A DNA stretch of 61,188 nucleotides from Candidatus Nealsonbacteria bacterium (GTDB taxonomy: Bacteria > Patescibacteriota > Minisyncoccia > Minisyncoccales > GWA2-46-15), in assembly GCA_016207115.1 (NCBI GenBank), contig JACQQI010000026.1, forward strand, positions 1 to 61,188, in the 5' to 3' direction. Within the stretch, counting starts at the first letter, position 1; each line of letters opens with the position of its first letter. Below the pieces are notes generated by a model. It was given only the letters and a program-made list of their open reading frames with translations. It had not been told where the DNA came from and searched no databases. A program made the position numbers and the translations under genes. Shown here in pieces: positions 23,863-33,451 of this stretch.

Positions 23863-26739
23863 CTAGATTTTTTCAATTCTCAACCAGAATCTTTCTTCTT
23901 TTTGGGCCGTTTCTCTCTCGTCGGCAAAATCTTCTTCCCCTTTTAAAACCAGGTCGCGCGCGATCACTTCCCGGCAAATCATCTCCTTGTTTTCCTGCAG
24001 AATTTTCTGGACAGCGTCTGGCGCCTGGTAAAAAACCGTGATTTCGTCCTGGGGCTTCAATCCGGATTTCTTCCTTCTTTCCTGAACGCTCCGGATGAAG
24101 TCTCTTCTCAGGCCCTCTTCTCTTAATTGAGGGGTCAGTTCGGCGTTCAACGCGGTTTTCCCTCCGATTAAAACCTCTTTGACGTTAACCTCTTCTTTGA
24201 TGATCTCTAAGAATTCGGCGCCCAGGCTTTGGTTGATCGTCAGTGAAGATAAAGGCTGGCGGACTTTGATGCCCAGCTTTTTTCTTTCGGCCAGGGCCTC
24301 GGCCACCAATCCCTGGCTGATTCTCATTTGTTCTTCCAGTTTTTCATCGATCAGGTCAGTTTGAATTTCCGGCCAATCTTCCAAGTGGACCGATTCTTTC
24401 TTTCCCGCCAGTTCCCGGTAGATCTTCTCGGTGACGAAGGGTATCAAGGGAGCCGTAGTTTTGATCAGCAGGACCAAGACCCGGTAGAGAGTCGAAAGAG
24501 CCGCGAGATCCCCGGCTCTGAACCTCTTCCGGCTGCGGCGGATGTACCAGCGGGAAAGATCGTCCAGGAACTCCGGCAACGATCTGACCGCTTCAGGAAT
24601 GTGATAGTCGTCCAGGCAAGCGGTGAAGCTTTTCAGAAAACGATTGGCTCGGCTCAGGATCCAACGGTCGAGAACGTCGGTTGGGGTCAGCCTTTCCGAT
24701 CCGGCCGGGTCAAAACCGTGCAGGCCGGCAAAGGTGGTAAAGAAGTGATAGCAGTTCCAAAGAGTCATCAGAACGCTGCGCAGCTGTTCTTTGATGCCCT
24801 CTTCGGAAATGTTCATATCCTGGCCGGCCATGGTCGGACTGCCCATGAGATAGAGCCGCAGAGCGTCGCCGCCATACTTTTCGATGACGGCTCGGGGATC
24901 GGGAAAGTTATTGAAATGCTTGGACATCTTGCGGCCGTCCGTCCCCATGATGACGCCCGAGACGACAACGTTCTGGAAAGACGGCGAGTCGAACAGCGCG
25001 ACCGACAGGGCGTGCAGAACGTAAAACCAGGCTCTCACCTGGCCGGTGTATTCGGAGATGTAATCGGCCGGAAAGCTTTTTTCGAACTCCGTCTTGTTCT
25101 CGAAAGGATAATGGCGTGAAGCAAAGGGCATGGAGCCCGATTCCATCCAGCAGTCAAGAACGTCTTTGACTCTTTTCATCGTTCCCGGACACCGAGAGCA
25201 GGTAAAAATAATTTCGTCGATGAAGGGACGGTGCAGGTCATGGACTTTCTGACTGCTTCTCTGCTCGATCTCTTGGATCGAACCGAAGACTTCGCGGTTC
25301 GAACATTGGTCGCATTCCCAGACCGGCATGGCCGTGGCCCAATAGCGCGTTCTCGAAATGCCCCAGTCCGGGGCCGTTTCCAGCCCCTGAGTAAAGCGTC
25401 CATTTTTAAAATGTTCCGGCACCCAATGGATGTTTTGATTCTTCTCTAAAAGCTGGGGCTTGATCTTCTGAATGTCGATAAACCAGCTGTCCTGAGCCCG
25501 ATAGATGAGGGGCGTTTCGCAGCGGTAGCACAAAGGATAGGAGTGGATAATCTTTTCTTCTTTAAAAAGCAAGTTTCTGGCCTTCCAGTCGGCGATCAGC
25601 GTCTTTTCGGCTTCTTTGACATAGACACCCGGCGCGAGCGAAACCTCGGGAGTGAAGTGGCCTTCCTCGTCGACATTGACAATGACGGGCAAGTGGTATT
25701 TTTTAGCCGAGTCCATGTCGACGTCACCGAAAGCGCCGTTGATCGTCACGATGCCGCTACCCTCGGTTTCGGAGACATAATCCGCCGGCCAGGTTTTAAA
25801 GTCCTGAAACTTCTGATCGTAATAGCCATAGAGATGCTCGTACCTCAAGCCGAGTATTTCTTTTCCGTTCAGCTCTTTGAGGACGCGGTGCTCCAAGGAA
25901 CCCAGGACTTCGGCGACGCGCTTTTGGGCCACGAGATAGATTTCGTCCCCGGCTTCAACGAGTTGGTAGACAAAGTTTTCGTTGACAGCCAGGCCCATGA
26001 CGCTGACCGAGCTCCAGGGCGTCGTCGTCCAGGCCAAGAGATAGGCTGGCTTGGATATGGACAAGCCGTGTTTTTTGATAAACTCCGGGTCAACGATTTT
26101 GAACTTGAGGGTCACGGCCGTGTCTTCAAGGTTCGCGTAGGAATTGTCCATGGCGATTTCGAAGTTGGAAATCGGAGTGGAGCAACGAGGACAGAAAAGG
26201 GAGATGCGCAGACCTTTGTAGATTAGGCCACGGTCGTAGAGTTGTTTGAAAGCCCAGATGACCGATTCCATGTAGGTCAGGTCCATCGTTTTGTAGGCGT
26301 GTTCCAGATCGACCCAGCGGCCGACGCGGTCAACGTACCAGTTCCATTCTGCCGAGATCTCCAGGACGTATTTCTTGCATTCTTCGATAAACCTTAAAAG
26401 GCCGATCTTCTCGATGTCTCTGCGGTTTTTCAGGCCGAGCTTCTGCTCCACCTTGTTCTCGATGGGCAGACCGTGGCAGTCCCAACCCCAAACCCGCCTG
26501 ACTCTTTTACCCTTCATCGTCAGGTAGCGGGGAATAATGTCTTTGGCGATTGAGCCCAAAAGGTGGCCGTAGTGAGGCACGCCCGTAACAAAAGGCGGGC
26601 CGTCGTAGAAAGAAGCGGGATTATCCGGCGAACGGCTCTCGACGGATTTCTCGAAGATCTGATTTTCTTTCCAGAATTTCAGAATCTCCTCTTCCAGCTG
26701 AGGGAAATTGACGTTGGGAGAAACTTCTTTTGGCTCCAT
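23863..26739 (-). CDS. ileS: Isoleucyl-tRNA synthetase
   Basis: 958 aa. PPFVTGVPHYGHLLG (HIGH) and KMSKHFNN (KMSKS). Confidence 0.95.
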   Translation of the reverse strand: MEPKEVSPNVNFPQLEEEILKFWKENQIFEKSVESRSPDNPASFYDGPPFVTGVPHYGHLLGSIAKDIIPRYLTMKGKRVRRVWGWDCHGLPIENKVEQKLGLKNRRDIEKIGLLRFIEECKKYVLEISAEWNWYVDRVGRWVDLEHAYKTMDLTYMESVIWAFKQLYDRGLIYKGLRISLFCPRCSTPISNFEIAMDNSYANLEDTAVTLKFKIVDPEFIKKHGLSISKPAYLLAWTTTPWSSVSVMGLAVNENFVYQLVEAGDEIYLVAQKRVAEVLGSLEHRVLKELNGKEILGLRYEHLYGYYDQKFQDFKTWPADYVSETEGSGIVTINGAFGDVDMDSAKKYHLPVIVNVDEEGHFTPEVSLAPGVYVKEAEKTLIADWKARNLLFKEEKIIHSYPLCYRCETPLIYRAQDSWFIDIQKIKPQLLEKNQNIHWVPEHFKNGRFTQGLETAPDWGISRTRYWATAMPVWECDQCSNREVFGSIQEIEQRSSQKVHDLHRPFIDEIIFTCSRCPGTMKRVKDVLDCWMESGSMPFASRHYPFENKTEFEKSFPADYISEYTGQVRAWFYVLHALSVALFDSPSFQNVVVSGVIMGTDGRKMSKHFNNFPDPRAVIEKYGGDALRLYLMGSPTMAGQDMNISEEGIKEQLRSVLMTLWNCYHFFTTFAGLHGFDPAGSERLTPTDVLDRWILSRANRFLKSFTACLDDYHIPEAVRSLPEFLDDLSRWYIRRSRKRFRAGDLAALSTLYRVLVLLIKTTAPLIPFVTEKIYRELAGKKESVHLEDWPEIQTDLIDEKLEEQMRISQGLVAEALAERKKLGIKVRQPLSSLTINQSLGAEFLEIIKEEVNVKEVLIGGKTALNAELTPQLREEGLRRDFIRSVQERRKKSGLKPQDEITVFYQAPDAVQKILQENKEMICREVIARDLVLKGEEDFADERETAQKEERFWLRIEKI

Positions 26740-26744
26740 ATTAG

Positions 26745-27314
26745 TTAATTGATTTTCCTCAGCTCTCCTTTCTGAATGTATTCCTTTCTAATCCGAAGGA
26801 TATTAAGTAGTTCCTTCTGGCCCAGATTCTTCATAACTCCGTTGAGAAGCCACAAAGGGTCACCGTGGCCGACGACCAAGATGTTTTTCCCTTGGTACCT
26901 CTTTTCCGTCTCTTTAAGAAAGCGGGCGACCCTTTTCTTTAGATCATTCCAACTTTCGCCACCGCGCGGACTTTTTTGAAACCTGGTTTTCAGGGGCAGG
27001 TCGCGATAATACTCTTCTTTGGGGCGGCCGCAATAACGACCCAGCCGGACGTCCCTCAGCCTTCTGTCCCAGACGGGTTTTATTCCTAGGGCGCGGGAGA
27101 CGATTCCCGCGGTCTGCTTGGTCCGTAGATAATCTGAAGAAAAAATCAGATCGATCCCCTTTTGTTTTAGAACCGTCACCGCCCGCTCAACCTGCTTTTT
27201 TCCCTCTGGACTCAGACGAACCGAAGTCATGTTGTCGGCGGGATAAGATAGGTCAGTTCTGCGCCAAGTGGTTTGGCCATGCCGTAAAAAATAGTAATGG
27301 TTTTTTAATCGCAT
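26745..27314 (-). CDS. Histidine phosphatase (phosphoglycerate-mutase-like) family protein
   Basis: 189 aa. LRHGQT catalytic RHG motif and a C-terminal VVGHGD. -35 TTGAAA (27348..27343), 17-nt spacer, -10 TATTTT (27325..27320), which lies 5 nt before the ATG. Confidence 0.75.
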   Translation of the reverse strand: MRLKNHYYFLRHGQTTWRRTDLSYPADNMTSVRLSPEGKKQVERAVTVLKQKGIDLIFSSDYLRTKQTAGIVSRALGIKPVWDRRLRDVRLGRYCGRPKEEYYRDLPLKTRFQKSPRGGESWNDLKKRVARFLKETEKRYQGKNILVVGHGDPLWLLNGVMKNLGQKELLNILRIRKEYIQKGELRKIN

Positions 27315-27390
27315 TCTTTAAAATAGCACTTTTCTCGCTTCATTTCAACCTGAAAACAGGATGGCAGAACGGGTCCGAAGGAGGAAGAGG

Positions 27391-28974
27391 CTACATTTTC
27401 TCGGGCGCCGGGATTCCCATCAGGGCCAGAGCGTTTTTGAGAACCGTTTGAGTGGCCAGGAGCAGGGACAATCTCGCCTGGGTCAGGTCCGGATCTTGGT
27501 CGATGACCCGACAGTCTCGGTAAAACCGGTGGAAAGCCGCGGCCAAATCCAAGGCGTACTGAGGCAGGCGCTGAATTTGATAGTCCTGGGCGCTGTCTTC
27601 GATGACTTCGGGAAACCGGATGAGCTGTTTGATCAGCGCCAGTTCGCTGAGATGGTTCAACAGTTTTAAGCCCTGGCTCGTGGTTTTGTGCTTCAGATTT
27701 TGAGCCCGAACTTTGGCTAAGATGCTGCAGATTCGGGCGTGCGCATACTGCACGTAATAAACTGGGTTCTTCTCTGATTGCTCCCGGGCCAAATCGACGT
27801 CAAAATTCAAATGGGTATCGGCCGACTTTTGTAAAAAGAAGAAGCGGGTCGCGGGCAAACCGACCATCTCCAATAATTCCTCCATGGTCACATAAACACC
27901 GGCCCGCTTAGACATCTTCAACTCCTGTCCCTTTTCGATCAGGGTGACGAACTGGAGAAGGATGATCTCCAATTTGCCCGGGTGGCCCAGGGCTTCGACC
28001 ACGGCCATCAATCCCGGAACGTCGCCGTAGTGATCGGCCCCCCAGATGTTGATGACCCGATCGAACTTCTTCTCGTTAAATTTGTAGTAATGGAGTCCGG
28101 CGTCGCCGGCCAGATAGGTCTTCCACTCGTCTTTTTTGACGATCACCCGATCCCGCTGATCGCCAAACTGGGAAGACTTGAACCAAACCGCCGCGTCTTT
28201 CTCGTAGGTCAGGTCCTTCTTTTCCAAGAGGGCGAGGGCCTTCTCGACTCTTTTGGACTGGTGCAGCCAGGTTTCGGAGATCCACTCGTCATATTCAATT
28301 CCCATTTTAGCGACGGTCCTTCTGATCATTTCTTCGACGATCAAGCGAGCGGCCGCTTCTCCGGCGCGGTAAGGATCCTTCTCTCCGATCCTCTGGTGCA
28401 GCCAGTCGACGTATCCTCCTTTGTATTTGGCTTGGTCGTCTTTTAGAACCGAGTGTCCCAGGGTCATCACCTGCATACCATAGTCATTGACGTAATAGGC
28501 CTTTTCAACCTTAAAGCCGGCCGCTTTAAGCACGTTGCCCAAGACGTCACCCCAAAAGCCGCCCCGGGCATTACCGACGGTGAGGGGACCGGTCGGATTG
28601 GCCGAGATGAATTCGACCTGAACTTTCTGGTGGCGGCCAATTTTTAAACAGCCGTATTTACCTCCCTGCTTCAGAATCTGTTCGGCCTCCTTTTGTAAGC
28701 AGCTCGGAGACAGAAAGAAGTTGACGAAGCCTGGCGGGGCGACCTCAATCTTTTCCAGCAGGGCCGGGGCGGGCTTCAGGCCGAGGATTCGAGACTTGAG
28801 CCGCTGGGCCAAGGCCAGGGGATCTTCTTTGGTTTTTTTTGCCCAAGACAAGGCTAGGCTCGTGGCGTAATCGCCGTGGTTACCGACCAGAGGGGGGCTC
28901 AGAGAAAAACTGACCGCGAGATCATTTTCTTCGACGGCCGCCTGAATTAATTCTTGTAGTTCGCGGCGAATCAT
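27391..28974 (-). CDS. argS: Arginyl-tRNA synthetase
   Basis: 527 aa. FISANPTGPLTVGNARG and MSKRAG (KMSK-like), with a C-terminal anticodon-binding DALR-type region. Confidence 0.9.
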   Translation of the reverse strand: MIRRELQELIQAAVEENDLAVSFSLSPPLVGNHGDYATSLALSWAKKTKEDPLALAQRLKSRILGLKPAPALLEKIEVAPPGFVNFFLSPSCLQKEAEQILKQGGKYGCLKIGRHQKVQVEFISANPTGPLTVGNARGGFWGDVLGNVLKAAGFKVEKAYYVNDYGMQVMTLGHSVLKDDQAKYKGGYVDWLHQRIGEKDPYRAGEAAARLIVEEMIRRTVAKMGIEYDEWISETWLHQSKRVEKALALLEKKDLTYEKDAAVWFKSSQFGDQRDRVIVKKDEWKTYLAGDAGLHYYKFNEKKFDRVINIWGADHYGDVPGLMAVVEALGHPGKLEIILLQFVTLIEKGQELKMSKRAGVYVTMEELLEMVGLPATRFFFLQKSADTHLNFDVDLAREQSEKNPVYYVQYAHARICSILAKVRAQNLKHKTTSQGLKLLNHLSELALIKQLIRFPEVIEDSAQDYQIQRLPQYALDLAAAFHRFYRDCRVIDQDPDLTQARLSLLLATQTVLKNALALMGIPAPEKM

Positions 28975-29034
28975 GTCGTTTTAACTTTAACGTAATTCTG
29001 TTAAAATGTCTAAGGAAGCTAGGTTTACAAAAAC

Positions 29035-29475
29035 ATGCGGGTTTTCACGGAAAATCGCAAAGCCTCCTTCAGCTACGAGATCTTGGAAAGGTTCGAGGCC
29101 GGCCTCGTGCTTTTGGGTACCGAAGTGAAATCGATTAAGCTGGGGCGCGCGAGCCTGACCGGCAGCTACGTCGTCACCCAAGGAAATGAATTGTTCCTGA
29201 CCGGCGGCCACATTCCGGCCTATCAACCCAAGAACGCTCCCGCCGGCTATCTGCCCGAAAGGAACCGCAAGCTCCTTTTAACCAAAAAAGAGCTGAATTA
29301 TCTCCGGGGACGCCTCTCTCAGAAAGGATTGACATTTGTACCCTTGAGACTATATACTAATGACGAGAAAATAAAGCTGGGATTTGCCCTAGCCAAACCA
29401 CTCAAAAAGGCTGATCGTCGAGAGATCATCAAGAAGCGTGACGTCCGGCGCGAGATCAAAGACGCGCTAGGGTGA
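29035..29475 (+). CDS. smpB: SsrA-binding protein
   Basis: 146 aa. ENRKASFSYEILERFEAGLVLLGTEVKS, with a basic C-terminal tail. tmRNA lies immediately downstream. Confidence 0.9.
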   Translation: MRVFTENRKASFSYEILERFEAGLVLLGTEVKSIKLGRASLTGSYVVTQGNELFLTGGHIPAYQPKNAPAGYLPERNRKLLLTKKELNYLRGRLSQKGLTFVPLRLYTNDEKIKLGFALAKPLKKADRREIIKKRDVRREIKDALG

Positions 29476-29483
29476 AGACAAAA

Positions 29484-29803
29484 GGGGGCGAAAAGCTTCG
29501 ACAGAAATCGACCCCAAGAAAGGCAAGCCGAGTCGTCAGACCTCGTTAAAGCTGACACAGATAAATGCTAATTTATCTTCACAACCGGCTTTGGCTGTAG
29601 CTTAAAGCCGCGCCGACCCTAAGGATTCTCGATAATTAAGGTCGGTGTCATGGATCGAGAAAAGTGTTCTTTTTTTTGGCGCAAGCCAAGATTGGCGGGA
29701 AGACGAGCCTAACTGTCCTTCCCGCTTCAAAGAAAATTAGGCTAAGCTTGTAGTCTTTCTCTGGGAAAAATTTCTGGATCCGGGTGCAATCTCGGCGCCT
29801 CCA
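29484..29803 (+). ncRNA. ssrA: tmRNA (SsrA); predicted tag ANLSSQPALAVA
   Basis: The 5' GGGGGCGAAAAGCTTCGAC pairs with the 3' CGCCTCC-A (G3:U pair as in tRNA-Ala). T-arm-like GGATCCGGGTGCAATCTCGG. Tag reading frame GCT AAT TTA TCT TCA CAA CCG GCT TTG GCT GTA GCT TAA at 29577..29615. CCA is not encoded. Confidence 0.85.
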
Positions 29804-29828
29804 CTTCTAGTTTAAAAACTATCGAAAA

Positions 29829-30341
29829 ATTATCTTAAAACGAACGCCAGTCAATAATCAAATCCGGACGCCAGAAGTCAGGCTGATCGACGAAACAGGA
29901 AAACAGCTGGGAGTGGTCGGCTTGAGAGAAGCGCTCCAGCTCGCCCAGGAGCGCCACTTGGATTTAATCCAGGTCACCGAAAAAGTAGCTCCCCCGGTCT
30001 GTCGTCTGGGCGACTACGGCAAGTACCTTTACTGGCAGGAGAAAAAACAGAAAGAAGTCAAAAAACAAAGGGGCGGCCAGGTTAAGGGTATCCGACTTTC
30101 CTTCGCTATCTCCCCTCATGATCTGGAGATCCGGGCCAAACAGGCAGAAAAGTTTCTCAACGAAGGCAACAAGGTCTTCGTCGAAATGGTCCTGCGCGGT
30201 CGGGAAAAGGCCTTGAGTCACCTGGCCAGAGAGAAGGTCAATCAGTTCATGAAAATTCTTAACCAGAACGTCGCCATCCGACAGGAAACCGATTTTAAAA
30301 AGGGGCCCCGAGGATTCAACCTCATCATCACCAAGCAATGA
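29829..30341 (+). CDS. infC: Translation initiation factor IF-3, probable ATT start
   Basis: The in-frame region upstream of the track ORF (GTG 29913) reads I-ILKRTPVNNQIRTPEVRLIDETGKQLGVVGLREALQLAQ. That includes the conserved IF-3 N-domain start (INxxIRxxEVRLID). The frame opens after TAG 29808. ATT at 29829 is the only plausible initiator. Confidence 0.75.
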   Translation: MILKRTPVNNQIRTPEVRLIDETGKQLGVVGLREALQLAQERHLDLIQVTEKVAPPVCRLGDYGKYLYWQEKKQKEVKKQRGGQVKGIRLSFAISPHDLEIRAKQAEKFLNEGNKVFVEMVLRGREKALSHLAREKVNQFMKILNQNVAIRQETDFKKGPRGFNLIITKQ

Positions 30342-30342
30342 C

Positions 30343-30519
30343 ATGCGAAAATCAATCTTAAAACGTTTCAAAATCACTAAAAGCGGCAAGGTTTTGCGCC
30401 GACGGATCGGCCTGAATCACTATTTGGCCAAGAAATCGGGTAAGAGGATCCGCCAAAAGAGAAAGATGGTTCGTCTGTCCAAGTCCGAATTGAAGAGAAT
30501 TAAAAAATTCATTCACTAA
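30343..30519 (+). CDS. rpmI: 50S ribosomal protein L35
   Basis: Hand translation, 58 aa: MRKSILKRFKITKSGKVLRRRIGLNHYLAKKSGKRIRQKRKMVRLSKSELKRIKKFIH. It sits in the canonical infC-rpmI-rplT position. Confidence 0.85.
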   Translation: MRKSILKRFKITKSGKVLRRRIGLNHYLAKKSGKRIRQKRKMVRLSKSELKRIKKFIH

Positions 30520-30521
30520 AC

Positions 30522-30872
30522 ATGGCCCGGGTTAAAGGTGGAAAAATCAGTCAAAAGAGAAGAAAGAACATCTTGAGACAGACGAAGGGTTTTCGTTGGG
30601 GTAGGAAATCCAAACTAAGGCTGGCCAAAGAAGCCATCTTCCACGCGGGAAGATACGCCTTCCGCGATCGACGAGCCAAAAAAAGAGAGTTCCGCCGCCT
30701 CTGGCAGATAAAGATCGGCGCGGCCGCCAAAAGCCTTGGTTTTTCTTACAGCCGCCTGCAGCATGGCCTCAAACAAAAAAATATCGAGATCGACCGCAAG
30801 ATTCTCTCGCAGCTCGCACAGAAACATCCTGAAATCTTCCGGCAAATCGTCGAGACAGCCAAGGCTAAATGA
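30522..30872 (+). CDS. rplT: 50S ribosomal protein L20
   Basis: 116 aa. MARVKGG...RRKNILRQTKGFRWGRK...FRRLWQIKIGAAAK. Confidence 0.9.
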   Translation: MARVKGGKISQKRRKNILRQTKGFRWGRKSKLRLAKEAIFHAGRYAFRDRRAKKREFRRLWQIKIGAAAKSLGFSYSRLQHGLKQKNIEIDRKILSQLAQKHPEIFRQIVETAKAK

Positions 30873-30884
30873 TCAACTCAAAAC

Positions 30885-30924
30885 AAAAACCACCCTCGCG
30901 GACTGAGCGGGGGTGGTTTTGTTT
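30885..30924. terminator. Bidirectional intrinsic terminator between rplT and polX
   Basis: AAAACCACCCtCGC-ggactga-GCGgGGGTGGTTTTGTTT, with A- and T-runs on both sides. Confidence 0.75.
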
Positions 30925-30938
30925 AGTCTCTTGGAATC

Positions 30939-32654
30939 TTAAGGCTTGAAGAAACCTCGAAGCCGAGCCAAGGGCCAACAATTAATGATGTCGGCGGGTT
31001 CGGCCCAGCCTCGCCGGGCCTGAGCGATGCCCAGGTCGATAAATTTCATCTGCTCCTTGGCGTGAGAATCGGTGCTGATGACCATTTTGACACCTGACTC
31101 CCCGGCGCGACGGATGTTGGCGTCTTTCAGGTCAAGCCTCTCCGGAGAAGCGTTGATCTCCAGGACGGTTTTTGTTTCTCGGGCGGCCCTCAAAATCGAG
31201 TCGAAATCGATCTGATACTCGTCGCGCCTCTGTAAAAGACGGCCGGTCGGATGAGAAATGATATCCACGTGAGGATTTCTCGTGGCCCGGATCAAGCGTC
31301 GAGTCATCTCGGCTTTGGCCATCTTAAGGCTGGAGTGGACTCCGGCGATGACGAAATCCAGTTTAGCCAGGGCGCTGTCTTTAATGTCGATGGAGCCGTC
31401 GTTCAAAATGTTGGCTTCGCAGCCCTGCAATATTTGGAATCTGTAGAATTTCGCGTTTAACTTATCGATTTCTTTCCGCTGTCTCAAAAGCTGTCTTTCG
31501 TCCAAGCCTCGTTCGATTTTTAAAAACTGAGTGTGGTCGCTGATTCCGAGGTAGTGATAGCCTCTCTTTTGGGCGGCCCGAGCCATTTCTAAAATCGTGT
31601 TCCGGCCCCCGTCCCAGTCAGAGTGGCAGTGGAGATCTCCCTGAATCTCTCCGTAGCCGATGATGCGCGGCAGCTGTCCTCGCTGGGCCGCCTGGATTTC
31701 TCCCTGGTTTTCTCTCAATTCGGGCTCGATCAACGGCAATCCCAGGGCGCGATAGACATCTTCTTCACTTTGGCTGGCGATCATTCTTCGGCCACGAAAA
31801 AGACCGTATTCGTTGAGCTTGAGCCCTTTTTCCAGGGCCAGTTTTCTGGTCAGAATGTTGTGCTCCTTGGAGCCGGTAAAATACTGAAGAGCGGCGCCGT
31901 AACTCTCTCGAGGCACGATTCTCAGATCAATGTCGATCCCCCGCCTCAGCCGGATAGAGGCCTTGGTCGTGCCTTGTCCCCAGACCTTAACGACACCCGG
32001 CAGGGTGACGAAAAAATCGACGACTTTTCGCGGGTTCTGACTGACGACCAGAATGTCGGCGTCGCCGATCGTTTCTTTGCGCCGCCTCAGTGATCCGGCC
32101 AGGCTGATCCTCTCTACCTCTTTCAGCTCTCTGAGTTTAAGCATCATTTCCTCCGTCTCGGGCAAAATTTCCCCCAACAAAAAACGACCGGATTGGCGCC
32201 GTAAAAATTCCAGGCCCTGCAGGATGTTCTTTTCTGTTTTCTCGCCGAAATTGGCCAGGGCGCGGATTTTTCCCGCCCGCGCCGCCCTTTCCAGGTCTTT
32301 CGGGTTTTTTATCCCCAGGCGAAGATAGAGTTCTTTGATAGTTTTTGGCCCGATGCCTTCGACGGCCAGCAGTCCGGCCAAATCAACCGGCATCTTTTTT
32401 CTGAGCTCGCGATAGTATTTGATCTGGCCAGTTTTCAGGTACTCCTCGATTCTCTCGGCCAAAGTTTCCCCCACGCCCGGAATCTTCTTTAAGCCAGCGA
32501 CGCCCTCTTTTTGATAGATCTGCGCGACATCCTGCTCTAAGGCTTCCAGGGCCAAAGCCGCCTTCTCGTAGGCCTGAGGTCGGAAGGCAATGTCGTCCAT
32601 TTCGAGGAAGATGGCGATTTCAGAAAAGATTTTGACCAATTCCTGGTTCTTCAT
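30939..32654 (-). CDS. polX: Family X DNA polymerase with C-terminal PHP domain (PolX)
   Basis: HhH N-terminus (GVGETLAERIEEY, GIGPKTIKEL), GSLRRRKETIGDADILV nucleotidyltransferase motif and PHP GDLHCHSDWDGG. Start set at MKNQELVKIF (ATG 32654). The longer track ORF start merely translates repeat D. Confidence 0.85.
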   Translation of the reverse strand: MKNQELVKIFSEIAIFLEMDDIAFRPQAYEKAALALEALEQDVAQIYQKEGVAGLKKIPGVGETLAERIEEYLKTGQIKYYRELRKKMPVDLAGLLAVEGIGPKTIKELYLRLGIKNPKDLERAARAGKIRALANFGEKTEKNILQGLEFLRRQSGRFLLGEILPETEEMMLKLRELKEVERISLAGSLRRRKETIGDADILVVSQNPRKVVDFFVTLPGVVKVWGQGTTKASIRLRRGIDIDLRIVPRESYGAALQYFTGSKEHNILTRKLALEKGLKLNEYGLFRGRRMIASQSEEDVYRALGLPLIEPELRENQGEIQAAQRGQLPRIIGYGEIQGDLHCHSDWDGGRNTILEMARAAQKRGYHYLGISDHTQFLKIERGLDERQLLRQRKEIDKLNAKFYRFQILQGCEANILNDGSIDIKDSALAKLDFVIAGVHSSLKMAKAEMTRRLIRATRNPHVDIISHPTGRLLQRRDEYQIDFDSILRAARETKTVLEINASPERLDLKDANIRRAGESGVKMVISTDSHAKEQMKFIDLGIAQARRGWAEPADIINCWPLARLRGFFKP

Positions 32655-32667
32655 TTCCTTTTTATTA

Positions 32668-32749
32668 TATAGCGAAGACGATATATCGGGCAATTCTGCC
32701 CGCTATAGCGGGCGGTACGCCGCCCGATATATCGCTTCGCGCTATAGCG
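32668..32749. repeat. Family-1 repeat, copy D: two inverted units sharing a central CGCTATAGCG
   Basis: TATAGCGaagaCGATATATCGGGCaattctGCCCGCTATAGCGGGCGGtacgCCGCCCGATATATCGcttcgCGCTATAGCG. Confidence 0.85.
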
Positions 32750-32804
32750 GTTACGACAATTAAAAAACCCGCTCGCCGGCGGGAAAAGTTTCTCCGACAA
32801 TCTC

Positions 32805-33449
32805 CTAATCTCGGGCGGGAAACTCTTTGGCCAGAGCTTCCATGAACTTAATCAAAACCGGCTCGTCGATTCTTTCTTTTGAGCCAACCCACCAAGATTT
32901 GTAAACGCGGATCTTTTCTTCTCGACCATACTCCAAAGCCTGAAGAAGAGCCTCTAAACGATTAATTTGTTTGACGAACCTGGCCTCTTTGGTCAAACCT
33001 TTTTCGTATTCGGACCAGCTGCCCTTGATTTCTTTCTGGATGGCTCGAGGTAGGCCCTGAAGTAACCTATCAATGGCTTTTCCCTCTTGCTTGTATTTCT
33101 GTTCGACTCGTCTCTTTTTCTCCTGAGCCGTCAGCCGGGGCCAGTGATCAAACAGTTCCGGCCACTTCTTTTTGTCCTGGGGCAGAATCGTTTTGTGGTC
33201 GTAAGGGCTCTTGTCGCCGGTGTAGAGTTCGCAGAGATCATGAACCAAAGCCATCTCTAAAACCTTGGTCATGTTCAAGTTCCCATTTTTCTCCCGGCCC
33301 AAAACTAAAGTCATGAGGGCCGCGCGGAAAAGGTGGTCGGTGATTGAAGAGGGCGATTTCGAGCCGATCAGCACGCCGCCCCGCCGCAAGACCTTCCGCA
33401 GCCGGCCGGCTTCGGTGAAAAATCGAATGAAAGGCTTCATTTCTCCCAT
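32805..33449 (-). CDS. HD-domain phosphohydrolase (YfbR-like 5'-nucleotidase type)
   Basis: 214 aa. SITDHLFRAA and VHDLCELYTGD metal-binding HD motifs. Confidence 0.7.
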   Translation of the reverse strand: MGEMKPFIRFFTEAGRLRKVLRRGGVLIGSKSPSSITDHLFRAALMTLVLGREKNGNLNMTKVLEMALVHDLCELYTGDKSPYDHKTILPQDKKKWPELFDHWPRLTAQEKKRRVEQKYKQEGKAIDRLLQGLPRAIQKEIKGSWSEYEKGLTKEARFVKQINRLEALLQALEYGREEKIRVYKSWWVGSKERIDEPVLIKFMEALAKEFPARD

Positions 33450-33451
33450 CT

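Noticed and set aside
24328-26226. 263-aa and 227-aa plus-strand ORFs.
   Set aside because: They are antisense to ileS (HIGH and KMSKS motifs on the minus strand) and are spurious.
29737-29750. GGCTAAGCT inside the tmRNA, resembling the family-2 core.
   Set aside because: It is only a 9-nt match without the hairpin or the GGTAAAT tail. It lies inside a well-supported tmRNA and is treated as coincidence.
32655-32693. N-terminal extension of the polX ORF (MPDISSSLYNKKE).
   Set aside because: The extension is the translation of family-1 repeat D (CCCGATATATCG...). The PolX homology and an AAAGGA SD point to ATG 32654.
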